This document shows positions 1 through 9,842 of a stretch of DNA of 33,326 nucleotides, in pieces. The notes beneath the pieces are model-generated. The model did not search any database and was not told where the DNA came from. It saw only the letters and a program-made list of their open reading frames with translations. Position numbers and translations under genes: made by a program. The stretch's first letter is position 1; every line of letters starts with the position of its first letter. The DNA is from Phycisphaeraceae bacterium (GTDB taxonomy: Bacteria > Planctomycetota > Phycisphaerae > Phycisphaerales > Zrk34): NCBI GenBank assembly GCA_040905565.1, contig JBBDRF010000024.1:1-33326 (forward strand), written 5' to 3'.

Positions 1-308
1 TAGCTGCCGTCGAGGTAGCCATCCAGCGATGCGCCGCCTTCGATCGCCGCGTCCATGCCGGCCGAGGACTCAAACGCGGTCATCGGCACTGAGATTTCGA
101 CCACGCTCTGGTGTGCTTGCTCGGCCTCCCAGCGTCTGAACCGCGTCACGGCCCGTCGCTCGTCGGATTCGACGAAGGTCTTGCCCGTCTCGACGATGAT
201 CCAGCGTCCGTCGTTGCGACGGCGCAGGCCATTGATGTACTCGCCCCACGATGCCTTGTGCGGCTTGCGAGGGCGACCACGTTTCGCTTGAGCTTTGCTG
301 CGTGCCAT
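1..308 (-). CDS. N-terminal part of a putative integrase or DNA-binding protein with an AT-hook (runs off the window edge)
   Basis: Manual translation from ATG at 308 is open to position 1: MARSKAQAKRGRPRKPHKASWGEYINGLRRRNDGRWIIVETGKTFVESDERRAVTRFRRWEAEQ... It has a KRGRPRK AT-hook and an RxDGRW motif like integrase arm-binding N-termini. TATAAT lies 6 nt upstream, and the ORF starts about 68 bp past the tRNA 3' end. No catalytic domain is visible. Confidence 0.55.
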   Translation of the reverse strand, partial: MARSKAQAKRGRPRKPHKASWGEYINGLRRRNDGRWIIVETGKTFVESDERRAVTRFRRWEAEQAHQSVVEISVPMTAFESSAGMDAAIEGGASLDGYLDGS

Positions 309-351
309 GCACCCATTATAGTCCGGTTTAAGGCGCTATAATGGGCGCATG
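306..351. promoter_or_regulatory. 16-bp inverted repeat (15/16 match, 14-bp spacer); each arm reads TATAAT-GGGYGC-ATG
   Basis: catgcacccattatag (306-321) versus ctataatgggcgcatg (336-351). Confidence 0.75.
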
Positions 352-374
352 TGCCCTGATGGGCTAAAAATGAA

Positions 375-463
<89 letters not shown>

Positions 464-578
464 AGAAACGTGGCCGTTGTGGCCGTGTGAGCCGAACATC
501 ATACACGAAGATTTCTTCTATTGCTGCAGCCACACAGCACCCAGTTTCAGCACGATCGGGGCCTCTATCAAAGCCGGG

Positions 579-2978
579 TCACGAAGCGTTGTCTGCCCCG
601 TCGGCTGGACCAGAAGCGTCATCTTCGCCGGCATCAAGGGCGGCACGGAGCTGTTCCGCATAAGCGCGGATCGTCGCATCCTCGTGTCGCAGGGCGGCGT
701 TCAGAGCTGACGGTGCGCCATCGGCGAGGTGCGTTGCCATGAACGCGAGGCGGACCAGCGGAGCATCACTGCGCTCGGCATCATCAAGGATGCGACGGAA
801 CAGTTCACGACTACGGTTACTGCTGGTGAGGAAACGGACGGCCCATGCCTGGTGAATCTCATCCCACGCCGGAAAGCGACTGGTGATCGCTTCGGCAATG
901 CGACGGTGCGTCTGCGGGGTATCGTGTTCGTCCGGCAGGTGATCGATGCCGCGCAGCAATCGGGCCAGCGCACGCAAACGCTCGGGTGCATCGCCGGTTT
1001 CAAGCTCGCTCAGCCACTGATCGATGCGGGCGTCGGTGATGGGCGTGCCGCGGATGGTGATGGCTCGAACAGAGTCGACGCCGCCCGCCGGCGCGGCCGT
1101 CACGCCGCCGGTGCGGGTGGGACGGGGGCCGAGTACGCCCAGCGCGCTCAGCGACAGCGTGCGCGTCGGGTCCGTGAACATCAATATGCCAAGCTGCGAC
1201 CGATCGAGACGGACGGTGACACGCAGGGTTTCGCCGGGCGCGAGTGTCAGGCGGCGACGGACATCGACGATCGTCGGCGCCGGGCGGGACAAGGGTTGTC
1301 CACCGACGCTGACAGTTGGTGAGATCAACGCCCGTTCGGGTACGCCCTGGGCGGCGCGAATAGGCATGGGCATGCGGCTGGTATTGCGCAACTCGAGGGT
1401 TGCGTAGAGCGGTTCGAGGTAGCTCACATTGTCGGGCGCGACCCGCAGGTTCATGGTGATCCAGGGCGAGACATTCAGGGCGGGTCGCCAGAGTTGCAGG
1501 GGCGATTGGGACATCTGGCGGCGAATATCACTCGCCGCGTCCGTCGGGTCGACCGAGTGATCGTCAGCGAGCAACTGCCGGGCGGCGAGCAGGCCGGCCA
1601 GCCCGCCGCCGTCGCGATGAACGATGGTTTGCAGCGCTTCTGCCTGCTCGGATGAGCCGGCGTCTTGCAGGCGAGCCAGGCCCAACGCGGCGAGCGGGTC
1701 GCTAGCGGTGATTGCTTCAAATTGCGCCGTCGCTTCGCCCGCCTCACCCCGATGCAGGTGCATCCACCCGCGGGCCCGGCGGACGAGCGGATCATCATCA
1801 GGCATCTCCGCCAGCAGTCCTGGCACGTCGTCTAGCTGATAATTGAACAGTGCACCGACCCATGCCAGCATCCGTCGTTCGCCGGCATCGGGTGAAACCG
1901 GGTCGGTCTCGTCGAGCCAGTCAGGTCGCTCGTCCTCGGCGAAGCTCGCTTCGAGCAGCGACTGGATCCGAACGATGCTGCGATCGGCCTGTTCCGACTC
2001 GTCATCGAGCAAAGCCAATCGAAGCAGTTCGAGGCTCAGGCGAACGGCTGGATTGGTCTCGGCGTCAATACCCTCATCATCGTCTTTGCCCGGTGGCGGG
2101 ACGACGGAGTCAAGTATGGCTCGGGCCTCGGCGATGTTTCCGCCCGCGGCGAGGGCGATGATGCGGTACGCGTAGACATCGGCAGGCAGGGTGCCGTCGG
2201 CAAGCGCGGCGGCGGCGTTGAACTGCTGCTCGGCATCGCGGTAGGCGGCTTGCGTGGTGAGCCAGCGGGCCAGGCGGAGCCGAGCAGCCGGATCAGCGGG
2301 GGTCGCTTTGATCAGGTTTACCAACGCGCCGCCGAGCACGGCGGGGGGACTGCCATTGCGCCGGGCGCGGGCATAGGCAAGTTCGGCGGCATCGGGGTTG
2401 GCGGGATCGAGTTGCACGGCTTCGGTGAGCCAGCGATCGAGTCGTGCGTCGTCGCTCAGCTCTTGCGCGGCGAGGGCGGCGTGGGTTGCAAGGCGGGATC
2501 GCAAGGGGGCGGAGAGTCGCTGAGCTGACTGAGACTGAAGGATGGCTTCCAGTCGGGCGAGGCGGTCGTCGAGCGTCTGTTGCTGGCTTAAGCCGTTGAG
2601 CAGCCGGTGGAGCTGCGCGGCGTCATCGTTCGGCTGAAGGCGAATGTACCGCCGCATCGCCTCGCTGGCCGCGTCGCGATCTTCCATGCGGTCGGCCAGC
2701 TCGGCCCGCAGCCGCCACAACTCCGCATCGTCCTCGCGAAGCGCCAGCGCCTGGTCGAGAAGGATGCGAGCTCGCTGAAGCTGGTCCGGCCGTGGCGAGT
2801 TCTCGCCCGCCAGCACATCACTCATCATGATGACGAACTGGTCGGCCAGCAGTGCGGCGGCTTCCGAGTCCCGTTCAACCGGCTCGTTCGCGTCAACCCG
2901 ATCGGCTGCGGGAAAGACGGTGCAGGCCAGCGCCGTCAACAAAATGAGCAGGGCGATCCGTTGAGTCCAACATTGCAT
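579..2978 (-). CDS. Exported TPR/helical-repeat hypothetical protein (799 aa)
   Basis: Long ORF with a hydrophobic N-terminal signal, TPR-like segments (ALALREDDAELW, AVQLDPANPDAA) and a beta-rich central-C region. GGAG and TAAAAT lie upstream. Confidence 0.8.
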   Translation of the reverse strand: MQCWTQRIALLILLTALACTVFPAADRVDANEPVERDSEAAALLADQFVIMMSDVLAGENSPRPDQLQRARILLDQALALREDDAELWRLRAELADRMEDRDAASEAMRRYIRLQPNDDAAQLHRLLNGLSQQQTLDDRLARLEAILQSQSAQRLSAPLRSRLATHAALAAQELSDDARLDRWLTEAVQLDPANPDAAELAYARARRNGSPPAVLGGALVNLIKATPADPAARLRLARWLTTQAAYRDAEQQFNAAAALADGTLPADVYAYRIIALAAGGNIAEARAILDSVVPPPGKDDDEGIDAETNPAVRLSLELLRLALLDDESEQADRSIVRIQSLLEASFAEDERPDWLDETDPVSPDAGERRMLAWVGALFNYQLDDVPGLLAEMPDDDPLVRRARGWMHLHRGEAGEATAQFEAITASDPLAALGLARLQDAGSSEQAEALQTIVHRDGGGLAGLLAARQLLADDHSVDPTDAASDIRRQMSQSPLQLWRPALNVSPWITMNLRVAPDNVSYLEPLYATLELRNTSRMPMPIRAAQGVPERALISPTVSVGGQPLSRPAPTIVDVRRRLTLAPGETLRVTVRLDRSQLGILMFTDPTRTLSLSALGVLGPRPTRTGGVTAAPAGGVDSVRAITIRGTPITDARIDQWLSELETGDAPERLRALARLLRGIDHLPDEHDTPQTHRRIAEAITSRFPAWDEIHQAWAVRFLTSSNRSRELFRRILDDAERSDAPLVRLAFMATHLADGAPSALNAALRHEDATIRAYAEQLRAALDAGEDDASGPADGADNAS

Positions 2979-3064
2979 GCGGCGTCTCCGTCTGTCACCA
3001 GGAGGGGTGGATGCGGCGGTGGCATTTTAATCGTCATTGGCAAGTGCTGTGCGGGCGTCGCGTG

Positions 3065-3907
3065 TCAGCCCCCGATGGCCGTGTGACGTGGTAAACCCGA
3101 GGCGAGCTGACGGGTGAAGGAGGCGACGGCGTCGACGACGGCGGCCTGCCCCTTGTCACGGTTGGCGGCGACCTGACGCACGATCGCCGAGCCGACGATC
3201 GCTGCATCCGCCACGGTCACGACATCCCGCACCTGTTCGGCAGTGGAGATGCCGAACCCTACCGCCACCGGCAGGTCGGTCGCCTCGCGCAGGCGGGCGA
3301 TGCGGCGCGGCAGCTCGACCGGCAGCTCGGTCCGTTCACCGGTGATGCCCGACCGTGAGAGCATGTACATGAAGCCACTGCTGGCGCGGGCGATCTGCCT
3401 CGCCCGCTCGATCGGCGTGGTCGGGGCGATGAGCATGCTCATGATCAGCCCCGCCTCGCGCACCGCCTCACCGGCTGGGCCGGCTTCCTCCAACGGCAGG
3501 TCGGGGAAGATGAAACCGTCGAACCCTGCAGACTTTGCTTCGTTGACGAAGGGCACCAGGCCCATGCGATGCACGATCGAGTAGCTGACCATGGCGACGA
3601 GGCCGAGGTTCACCTTCGACCGCACGGCGGCGACCTGCTCGAACACGTCATGCACGCGCACGCCGTGGCTCAGCGCGTGAGCCATCGATGTTTCGATCAC
3701 CGGCCCGTCGGCGATGGGGTCGGAAAAGGGGATGCCGAGTTCGACAATGCTCGCGCCCGCCTGTTCAAGTGCCGGCAACAACGCGCCGGTGGTCGGCAGG
3801 TCGGGATCGCCGGCGGTAATGAAGGGCATCAACGCTTTGCCGGGCCCCGCGGCGTCCGGGCCATCGGCTGTGCGCAGATCGTGAAAGATGCGGTCGATTC
3901 GGTTCAT
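3065..3907 (-). CDS. trpA: Tryptophan synthase alpha subunit
   Basis: Motifs ITAGDP, ELGIPFSDPIADGPVI, LIAPTT, SRSGITG, VGFGIS and AIVGSAIV. Confidence 0.97.
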   Translation of the reverse strand: MNRIDRIFHDLRTADGPDAAGPGKALMPFITAGDPDLPTTGALLPALEQAGASIVELGIPFSDPIADGPVIETSMAHALSHGVRVHDVFEQVAAVRSKVNLGLVAMVSYSIVHRMGLVPFVNEAKSAGFDGFIFPDLPLEEAGPAGEAVREAGLIMSMLIAPTTPIERARQIARASSGFMYMLSRSGITGERTELPVELPRRIARLREATDLPVAVGFGISTAEQVRDVVTVADAAIVGSAIVRQVAANRDKGQAAVVDAVASFTRQLASGLPRHTAIGG

Positions 3908-3990
3908 TGCACCAGCATAGACGGCCCCCCCGTGCGCGGCAACGCGGCAAGGCTGTGCGTAAAAAGCGGAACGGTTAACTCCCAGGACGC

Positions 3991-5346
3991 TTACTCAGCC
4001 AGGCGGCTGTTGCGCAGGCGTTCCTGCTGTCGGTTAAGCCATTCCTGCTGACCGGCAGCGTAGTCGCCGAGGTCGCCCCCGCTGTCGCTGAGTTCGGCGG
4101 CCAGTTCGGTGGCGGAGCTGATGATTTGCTCGGCCTGCTCGGCCAGACTGTCCTGGTGGTCGATCAATTCGCCGAGACCTTCTTCAAAAGGGCGGACCGC
4201 ATCGGGCTGTGTAGCTTCCACGCGTTCGACGACAATCGCCAGCACCCGGCCGACGCCGCCGATCGCGTCAGCATGATTGACCCGCACACGCACCTGATCC
4301 GCCTCGCGCGCCAGCAGTTCGGCCTGGGCGGTACCGCGGTCCGCGCCACCCATCCCCACCGCTTGCCGGGCCTGCGCTGTCGCCTCGTCCGCACGCTCGC
4401 CCGCCTGCTCGAATCGGCTGCGCACCGCTTCACGGTAGCCGGCGATCAACTGCTCATATTCTTCACGCAGCGTCTGAAACGCCTCGTCGCGATCAGCCTC
4501 GGCGGCCGCATGCCACTCGGTTGTTTGCGTCGTCTGCGTCTCAACCGTCTCCACCTGCGACTCAAGATCCGCCACCAGTTCGTCAATCGTTTCGATCCGC
4601 TGATCGATCAACGACAGGTCCGCTTCCGCCAATGCGATCTCACCGTCCAGCTGCTCGGCTTCGGCGCCGCCTTTCTCCGCGCTGAGCACGAGCTGGTCGG
4701 CCTCCTCTTCCATTTCGTATCGCTCATCCCCCTCGGCAACGAATGCCTGGTCACGCAGTTCCCGCGCCTCGGCCTGAGCTTCATCGATGCGCTCGCGAAG
4801 CGTTTGTCGCTGTGCCTGAAGCTGCTCAAGCTCCGCTGCCATTTCTTCACGCTGCGCCTGTGCCTGCTCCCGGCTGACGTGCTGCTCACGAATCTCCTCG
4901 TTAAGCTGCTCGAGCGTCAATGCATTGTCATGGTCGAACCGGCCGACACGGGCGTGAGCATGTTCATAAGCGGCAAGCTGGTTGATCACCGAACCGGCTC
5001 GCAGCCGCAGGGCCCCATCCTCGCGCCCGGCCTCTCGCAACGTCGCCCGGGCGGCGGCGGCGTGGAGGTCGGATAGCAGACGCCGGGCGATGACCTGCTG
5101 GTCCCGATCGCCCTCAGAGATGGCATGGCGGAGGTTGTTGGCCGCATTCTCCAGCGTCTCGTGCCGATACTTCGCGAGGTCGCTTTCCTCGACGTTGGGC
5201 ACGAACCCGAGCTGGGCATCATTGATGGTTGCCACGGCGTCGTCGATGTGACGCTGCGCGGCGCTGCTGGGCTGCTCATCACAGCCGACGAGGGGGGCGA
5301 GGACCAACAGGCTCGTCACAGCCAGAACAAGAGTGGGTTGACGCAC
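3991..5346 (-). CDS. Acidic coiled-coil lipoprotein, hypothetical (451 aa)
   Basis: GTG start after AAGGAG, signal peptide with an LVGC lipobox, and long E/Q/A/L-rich heptad stretches. Confidence 0.8.
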   Translation of the reverse strand: MRQPTLVLAVTSLLVLAPLVGCDEQPSSAAQRHIDDAVATINDAQLGFVPNVEESDLAKYRHETLENAANNLRHAISEGDRDQQVIARRLLSDLHAAAARATLREAGREDGALRLRAGSVINQLAAYEHAHARVGRFDHDNALTLEQLNEEIREQHVSREQAQAQREEMAAELEQLQAQRQTLRERIDEAQAEARELRDQAFVAEGDERYEMEEEADQLVLSAEKGGAEAEQLDGEIALAEADLSLIDQRIETIDELVADLESQVETVETQTTQTTEWHAAAEADRDEAFQTLREEYEQLIAGYREAVRSRFEQAGERADEATAQARQAVGMGGADRGTAQAELLAREADQVRVRVNHADAIGGVGRVLAIVVERVEATQPDAVRPFEEGLGELIDHQDSLAEQAEQIISSATELAAELSDSGGDLGDYAAGQQEWLNRQQERLRNSRLAE

Positions 5347-5454
5347 GAGGCAGCTCCTTTTGCCATCAAAAATACCGCATCCGGACGGGCTTAGCAGAAT
5401 ATCCGAAAAGCCGGCGGCGTGAAAGTTCAGGGGGGAACAAGGGGGCGTATCGCC

Positions 5455-7035
5455 TTACTGCTTGCCAGTATTTTGCGTTGTGACCGCGGCGCCGACGTCG
5501 ACGACGCTGATCTCCAGCCGACCCAGCAACGGCACGAGGGCGACCATGTCGTTGGTCATCTCATCGCCCGCCATGGAGGAGACGCCGAGAGCGATGTGGG
5601 CCGCGTCGTAATCGGTCTCGCCGAGCGTGGCGTCGAGGTCGACCCATCGGCCGCCGGCCGTTCCCGCGCCCGTGCCTTCGCCCGGCAGCCAGGCCTGGGT
5701 CCACATGTGTCCGCCGAAGACGTTGCGTTCGCCGATGAATTCATCGACGTACACCAACCCCGTCACCGTGCGGGCGGGGATGTCGGCAGCACGGAGCAGG
5801 GCGGCGAGCAGGACGGCATGTTCCGTGCAGTCGCCCTGGGCGGTGCGGGCCACTTCACTGGCCGTGCCGAGGCCGACGGACAGGTCCTTGGCGTTGATGT
5901 ACTCGGCGACGAACCGACACAGCCGCGTGGCGGTTTCAGGTTGGCTGAGCGTCTCGGACTCGCCAGCCAGGGCGCGGTCGAGCAACTTACGCACATGCGG
6001 GTCTTCGTGGTCGATCATGGCCGAGGCGGCGCGATCGGCGTCGCGTGGCAGGTCGTCGCCCGGCTCCACGGGGTTGTCCAGATCGACGCTTACCACGGCG
6101 GTACGCTCGTTGCCCCAGGCGACACGCTGGTAGCCGGTGCGCGGCAGTTCGAGCGACGTCGAGTCAACTTCATCGTCGAAGGTCAGTCGGTACACAGCCG
6201 ACCGAAGCTGCCGCGGCTCGGGCAGCGGCTGGTCCGGCGTGATGAACAGTGCGGCGAGCATCTCCGGCGGCTCGACCTCGCTGCGGGCAAGCTGTTCGTC
6301 GGCAGCGAGCAGGGTGATGTCCATGCCAGGCATCATGGTGGTCGTGCTCTTGAGCGTGCGGCCATGTTGGTCCACATATTCGCGCGTCCGGATGCCCGGC
6401 AGCAGCGACACTTGCGCCTCCCACACCACGGCGGGCACCACACGGCCGAACACTTCGACCTCCTCTTCGCCGAGGATGTGCAACGTCACATCGAACGGCT
6501 TCGCGCCGACGGACAGGTCCATCGACGTGACGTGAATTTCCTTATCGCCGGCCGCCATGCGCTTTTCGACATACCGCTCCGCCGCCGCGGGCGTGAGCCA
6601 GTCCTGCTCAAAGGGTTCGAGTTGCTCGGCGTGCGATCGGCCGGCCTGCTCGCGCACCAGCTCAATGCCGTCGTCGGTGAAGCGCATGGTCTGCTTCTGC
6701 TGCATCTGACCGGTGAGAGCGTGCGACGTGGCTTCGACCGGTTCGCCGTCGACTGTTTCGACGAATTGCGCGCTCTGCTCGATGCGAAGCGTCATCGGTC
6801 CCCGGCGCATGGCGAAGCTCGTCTGCGACGCGCTGGTGATGCGGCCGTCGCTTTCGGTCTGTCGCATGTGGGCCCAGCCGACGCGATCGTCGCCGAGCTT
6901 GACGACGTACCAGCGATCGAAGCGGACGGTCGGTTCCGCTGCGGACGCCACGGGCGCCAGCAGCAGAAGCAGGACGAGCACGCACAGCGGCAGGTGAGCG
7001 CCGCGCCGTGCTTTCGAGCATGTGGGGTGGTTCAT
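5455..7035 (-). CDS. Exported transglutaminase-like domain protein (526 aa)
   Basis: Signal peptide and Cys-His-Asp triad motifs GDCTEHAVL, GHMWTQAW and WVDLDAT. Confidence 0.88.
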   Translation of the reverse strand: MNHPTCSKARRGAHLPLCVLVLLLLLAPVASAAEPTVRFDRWYVVKLGDDRVGWAHMRQTESDGRITSASQTSFAMRRGPMTLRIEQSAQFVETVDGEPVEATSHALTGQMQQKQTMRFTDDGIELVREQAGRSHAEQLEPFEQDWLTPAAAERYVEKRMAAGDKEIHVTSMDLSVGAKPFDVTLHILGEEEVEVFGRVVPAVVWEAQVSLLPGIRTREYVDQHGRTLKSTTTMMPGMDITLLAADEQLARSEVEPPEMLAALFITPDQPLPEPRQLRSAVYRLTFDDEVDSTSLELPRTGYQRVAWGNERTAVVSVDLDNPVEPGDDLPRDADRAASAMIDHEDPHVRKLLDRALAGESETLSQPETATRLCRFVAEYINAKDLSVGLGTASEVARTAQGDCTEHAVLLAALLRAADIPARTVTGLVYVDEFIGERNVFGGHMWTQAWLPGEGTGAGTAGGRWVDLDATLGETDYDAAHIALGVSSMAGDEMTNDMVALVPLLGRLEISVVDVGAAVTTQNTGKQ

Positions 7036-7104
7036 AGTGGCGTATTGTACCGCCCGCCGATCAGGTCGCGACAGGTGCGGGGGATTTGGATAATATGGTT
7101 GGCC

Positions 7105-7941
7105 ATGACTGATACGCTCACTTCGAAGATGCTCAACGCGACGCTCGTCAGCCGGGAGGACATTAACGACGAATTGGCGGTGTTTCGTGTCCGGCCGGAT
7201 AAAGGTGAGGTGGCCGCCTTTGAGCCGGGGCAGTACACAACGCTGGGGATCGCGTTAGCGCCGGAGGAAGCGGATGAAGTCATGCCCACGCGCAGCGGCA
7301 AGCCGCACGACAAGCCGAAGCTGCTGGTGCGGGCGTATTCGATTGCTTCGCCGCCGAAGCAGCGGGCGTATCTGGAGTTTTTTCTCGTGGTCGTGCCGGA
7401 GGGGGCGTTGACGCCGCGGCTGTGGAAGCTGCGTGAGGGGGATCGGCTGTTCATGGGGCCGAAGATCACCGGCAAGTTCACGCTCGACGACGTGCCGGAA
7501 GACAAAGACCTGATTATGATTGCCACGGGCACAGGGCTCGCGCCGTTCCTGTCGATGCTGCACGAGTACCGCCACACGAACCGCTGGCGGCGTTTCATCG
7601 TCATCCATGGCACGCGGCTTTCGGCCGACCTCGGCTATCGCGAGCAGATGGAGCGCATCGCGGCGGAGGACCCCAGCGTGTTCTACATCCCCACGGTCAC
7701 GCGTGAGCCGGAGGACAGCAACTGGGAGGGGCTGAAGGGCCGGGTGCATGTCGCCCTCGAGCCGAGCCATTACACCGAGCTGACCGAGGGCGGCGAGATC
7801 ACCCCTGAGCGTTGCCATGTGTTCCTCTGCGGCAACCCGGCGATGATCGAGCAGGTCACCGCCGAACTGGGCGAGCGCGGCTTCGTCACCAAGGACCGCG
7901 AGCATCCGGAGGGCAACATCCATTTCGAAAGCTACTGGTAA
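7105..7941 (+). CDS. fpr: Ferredoxin/flavodoxin-NADP+ reductase
   Basis: Motifs FEPGQY, RAYSIAS, GALTPRL, ATGTGLAPF and FLCGNPAMI, ending in FESYW. The real start is ATG 7105; the upstream part of the 840-aa ORF is antisense shadow. Confidence 0.92.
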   Translation: MTDTLTSKMLNATLVSREDINDELAVFRVRPDKGEVAAFEPGQYTTLGIALAPEEADEVMPTRSGKPHDKPKLLVRAYSIASPPKQRAYLEFFLVVVPEGALTPRLWKLREGDRLFMGPKITGKFTLDDVPEDKDLIMIATGTGLAPFLSMLHEYRHTNRWRRFIVIHGTRLSADLGYREQMERIAAEDPSVFYIPTVTREPEDSNWEGLKGRVHVALEPSHYTELTEGGEITPERCHVFLCGNPAMIEQVTAELGERGFVTKDREHPEGNIHFESYW

Positions 7942-8017
7942 ACCATGCCCTGGGGGTGGACACCTTCAAAGGCAGTGCGGCTGAAGGTTGTGCACGGCCT
8001 CCCTATCATTCATCATC

Positions 8018-8749
8018 ATGGCGCGGTTCAAAGATCAGGCAATCTGCATCCGGCATGGCGACTGGTCGGAAACCAGCCAGCTTGTCGTGCTCATGACCGA
8101 GCAGCACGGGAAGGTGCGCGGCCTCGCAAAGGGGGCGAAGCGCACCAGCCCCTCGGCGGTGCAGCGCTACTCCGGCGGCATTGAGCTGCTGACACGCGGC
8201 GAGATCGTCGGCGTGCTGCGCTCCAATACCGAACTGGCCACGCTCATCGAGTGGGACCTTCAGGACGACTTCCGCCACCTGCACACCGACTTCGCGGCGC
8301 AGCAGCAGGCCTTTTACGCCGCCGACGCGGTGAACGCGCTGATGGCGGAGCAGGACGCTCACGGCCACACCTTCCATGCCCTTCGGACGTACATCGAGGC
8401 CCTGCGTCAGCCGACCGGCCGACAGGCGGCGCTGCTGCGGTTCCAATGGACGCTGCTGGACGACGCCGGCTATCGCCCGGAACTGTTCGACGACGTGCAT
8501 GGCGGCGGGGCACTGCCGGAAATCGAAGCCTATACATTCGACCCGATCGGCGGCGGCCTGACCCAGCGCAACGGCCGCAAGGACTGGCGCGTGCGCCGGC
8601 AGACGGTGGAGCTGCTGCGCCATGTTTCCCAGGGCGACCAGCCCGCCGCGGCGGAAGATGCCATGCAGCGCGCCAACCGGTTGCTTTGCGTTTACCTGCG
8701 GACGATTCTAGATCACGAGCTGCCCACGATGCGCCTCGTGCTGGGGTGA
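8018..8749 (+). CDS. recO: DNA repair protein RecO
   Basis: N-terminal OB-fold motif DWSETSQLVVLMTEQHGKVRGLAKGAKR, plus LLDDAGYRPEL. Confidence 0.88.
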   Translation: MARFKDQAICIRHGDWSETSQLVVLMTEQHGKVRGLAKGAKRTSPSAVQRYSGGIELLTRGEIVGVLRSNTELATLIEWDLQDDFRHLHTDFAAQQQAFYAADAVNALMAEQDAHGHTFHALRTYIEALRQPTGRQAALLRFQWTLLDDAGYRPELFDDVHGGGALPEIEAYTFDPIGGGLTQRNGRKDWRVRRQTVELLRHVSQGDQPAAAEDAMQRANRLLCVYLRTILDHELPTMRLVLG

Positions 8750-8754
8750 TGGGG

Positions 8755-9261
8755 TCAGCTGCCCTCACTCCGCTGCACGTAGAACATTGAGTCTGCCGCC
8801 CTCGGCCCGATCATGTGCCAGCTCAGGGGAAACTTCGGGCTCTTGGCGAGGTAGGTCTCAAAGATGCGTCGGCCCCAGGCATACTGCTGCTCGATGTTCT
8901 TCTCCACCTTGGCGGTGTCGGTGCTGGGGATGAAGTTGCGGGTGAGGTAGTTCCAGTTCGGGTCGAGACGGATGAGCAGGTGGCCTTCTTCCCACTCGAT
9001 GGGGTAACCGTGGACGTACCCTTCGCCGGTGCCGGGTGTGTGGAACCAGAAGCAGAGGAACTTGTCCTTGTCTGCGGTGGAGGTGTCCTGCGTGCCGCCG
9101 ACGAGCAGGCGGGCATGGCTGACGCGGACGGGTACGGTGCCCCAGCGTTTCTTGGCGATCCAGATCTCGCGTGTCTTCACGTCATAGAGCCCCACGTGAG
9201 CGTAATCCACGCGGACGCGATTGGTGCAGTACGAGCGGTTGATCTTGCGGTCGCTGGCCAA
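8755..9261 (-). CDS. Hypothetical protein (168 aa), aromatic-rich
   Basis: Protein-like composition and strong third-position GC bias. It fills the gap convergent with recO and has a TTG start. Confidence 0.75.
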   Translation of the reverse strand: MASDRKINRSYCTNRVRVDYAHVGLYDVKTREIWIAKKRWGTVPVRVSHARLLVGGTQDTSTADKDKFLCFWFHTPGTGEGYVHGYPIEWEEGHLLIRLDPNWNYLTRNFIPSTDTAKVEKNIEQQYAWGRRIFETYLAKSPKFPLSWHMIGPRAADSMFYVQRSEGS

Positions 9262-9373
9262 GGTTCAGCAGGCAGGGCGGCGAGGCCCCGATCGCGCTCC
9301 ATTTGTGACGGCAGGCCGTTCGGCTGGTATCTTATTCACCTTGCCTGATACCTGCACGAAGGAGCGATTCACG

Positions 9374-9808
9374 ATGAACCAGGCCGCCCCGGCGAAGCTG
9401 CCGACCGTCACCGGTCGCCTCGAAGAAAAGGCGGATGACAAAATCATCCTGCACGTGCTAGGCAGCGATTATCGCCTGCACCTCGTCACTGAGGGGCCTG
9501 TGGACGCCGAGGTGGGCGACCGCATCACGGGAACGATCCACCTGCACCCGCGCCGCGTGGACGTGTTCCCCTCGGGGGGGCGCTTCCTTGAGCCGGTGTT
9601 CGGCAGGCCCCGCCGCATGCAGGGTCGGGTCGCCGGCGGCGATGTCTCGGCCAATACGCTTTATGTTCAGGCCGGAGCCCCCGTCATCGCGCACCTGATG
9701 GCCTCGCAGAAAGCCAGCGATTTCGCCATCGGCCAGCTCGTCGGCGGCGACGTCCAGCGCGGCGGCCGCTTCGAACTGGTCGACGAATCCTCCGTAGACG
9801 TCCTTTGA
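9374..9808 (+). CDS. Hypothetical protein (144 aa), beta-rich
   Basis: ATG at 9374 follows AAGGAG, codon bias is typical, and it lies 34 bp upstream of the UDP-glucuronate decarboxylase gene. Confidence 0.75.
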   Translation: MNQAAPAKLPTVTGRLEEKADDKIILHVLGSDYRLHLVTEGPVDAEVGDRITGTIHLHPRRVDVFPSGGRFLEPVFGRPRRMQGRVAGGDVSANTLYVQAGAPVIAHLMASQKASDFAIGQLVGGDVQRGGRFELVDESSVDVL

Positions 9809-9842
9809 TCCCGTCCATGCACCCCGTGACGCTTCCACCACC

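Noticed and set aside
5419..7104. Apparent 840-aa protein with a long N-terminal extension on Fpr
   Set aside because: The extension is the antisense shadow of the transglutaminase-like gene. Fpr motifs begin after ATG 7105, which has its own -10-like box.
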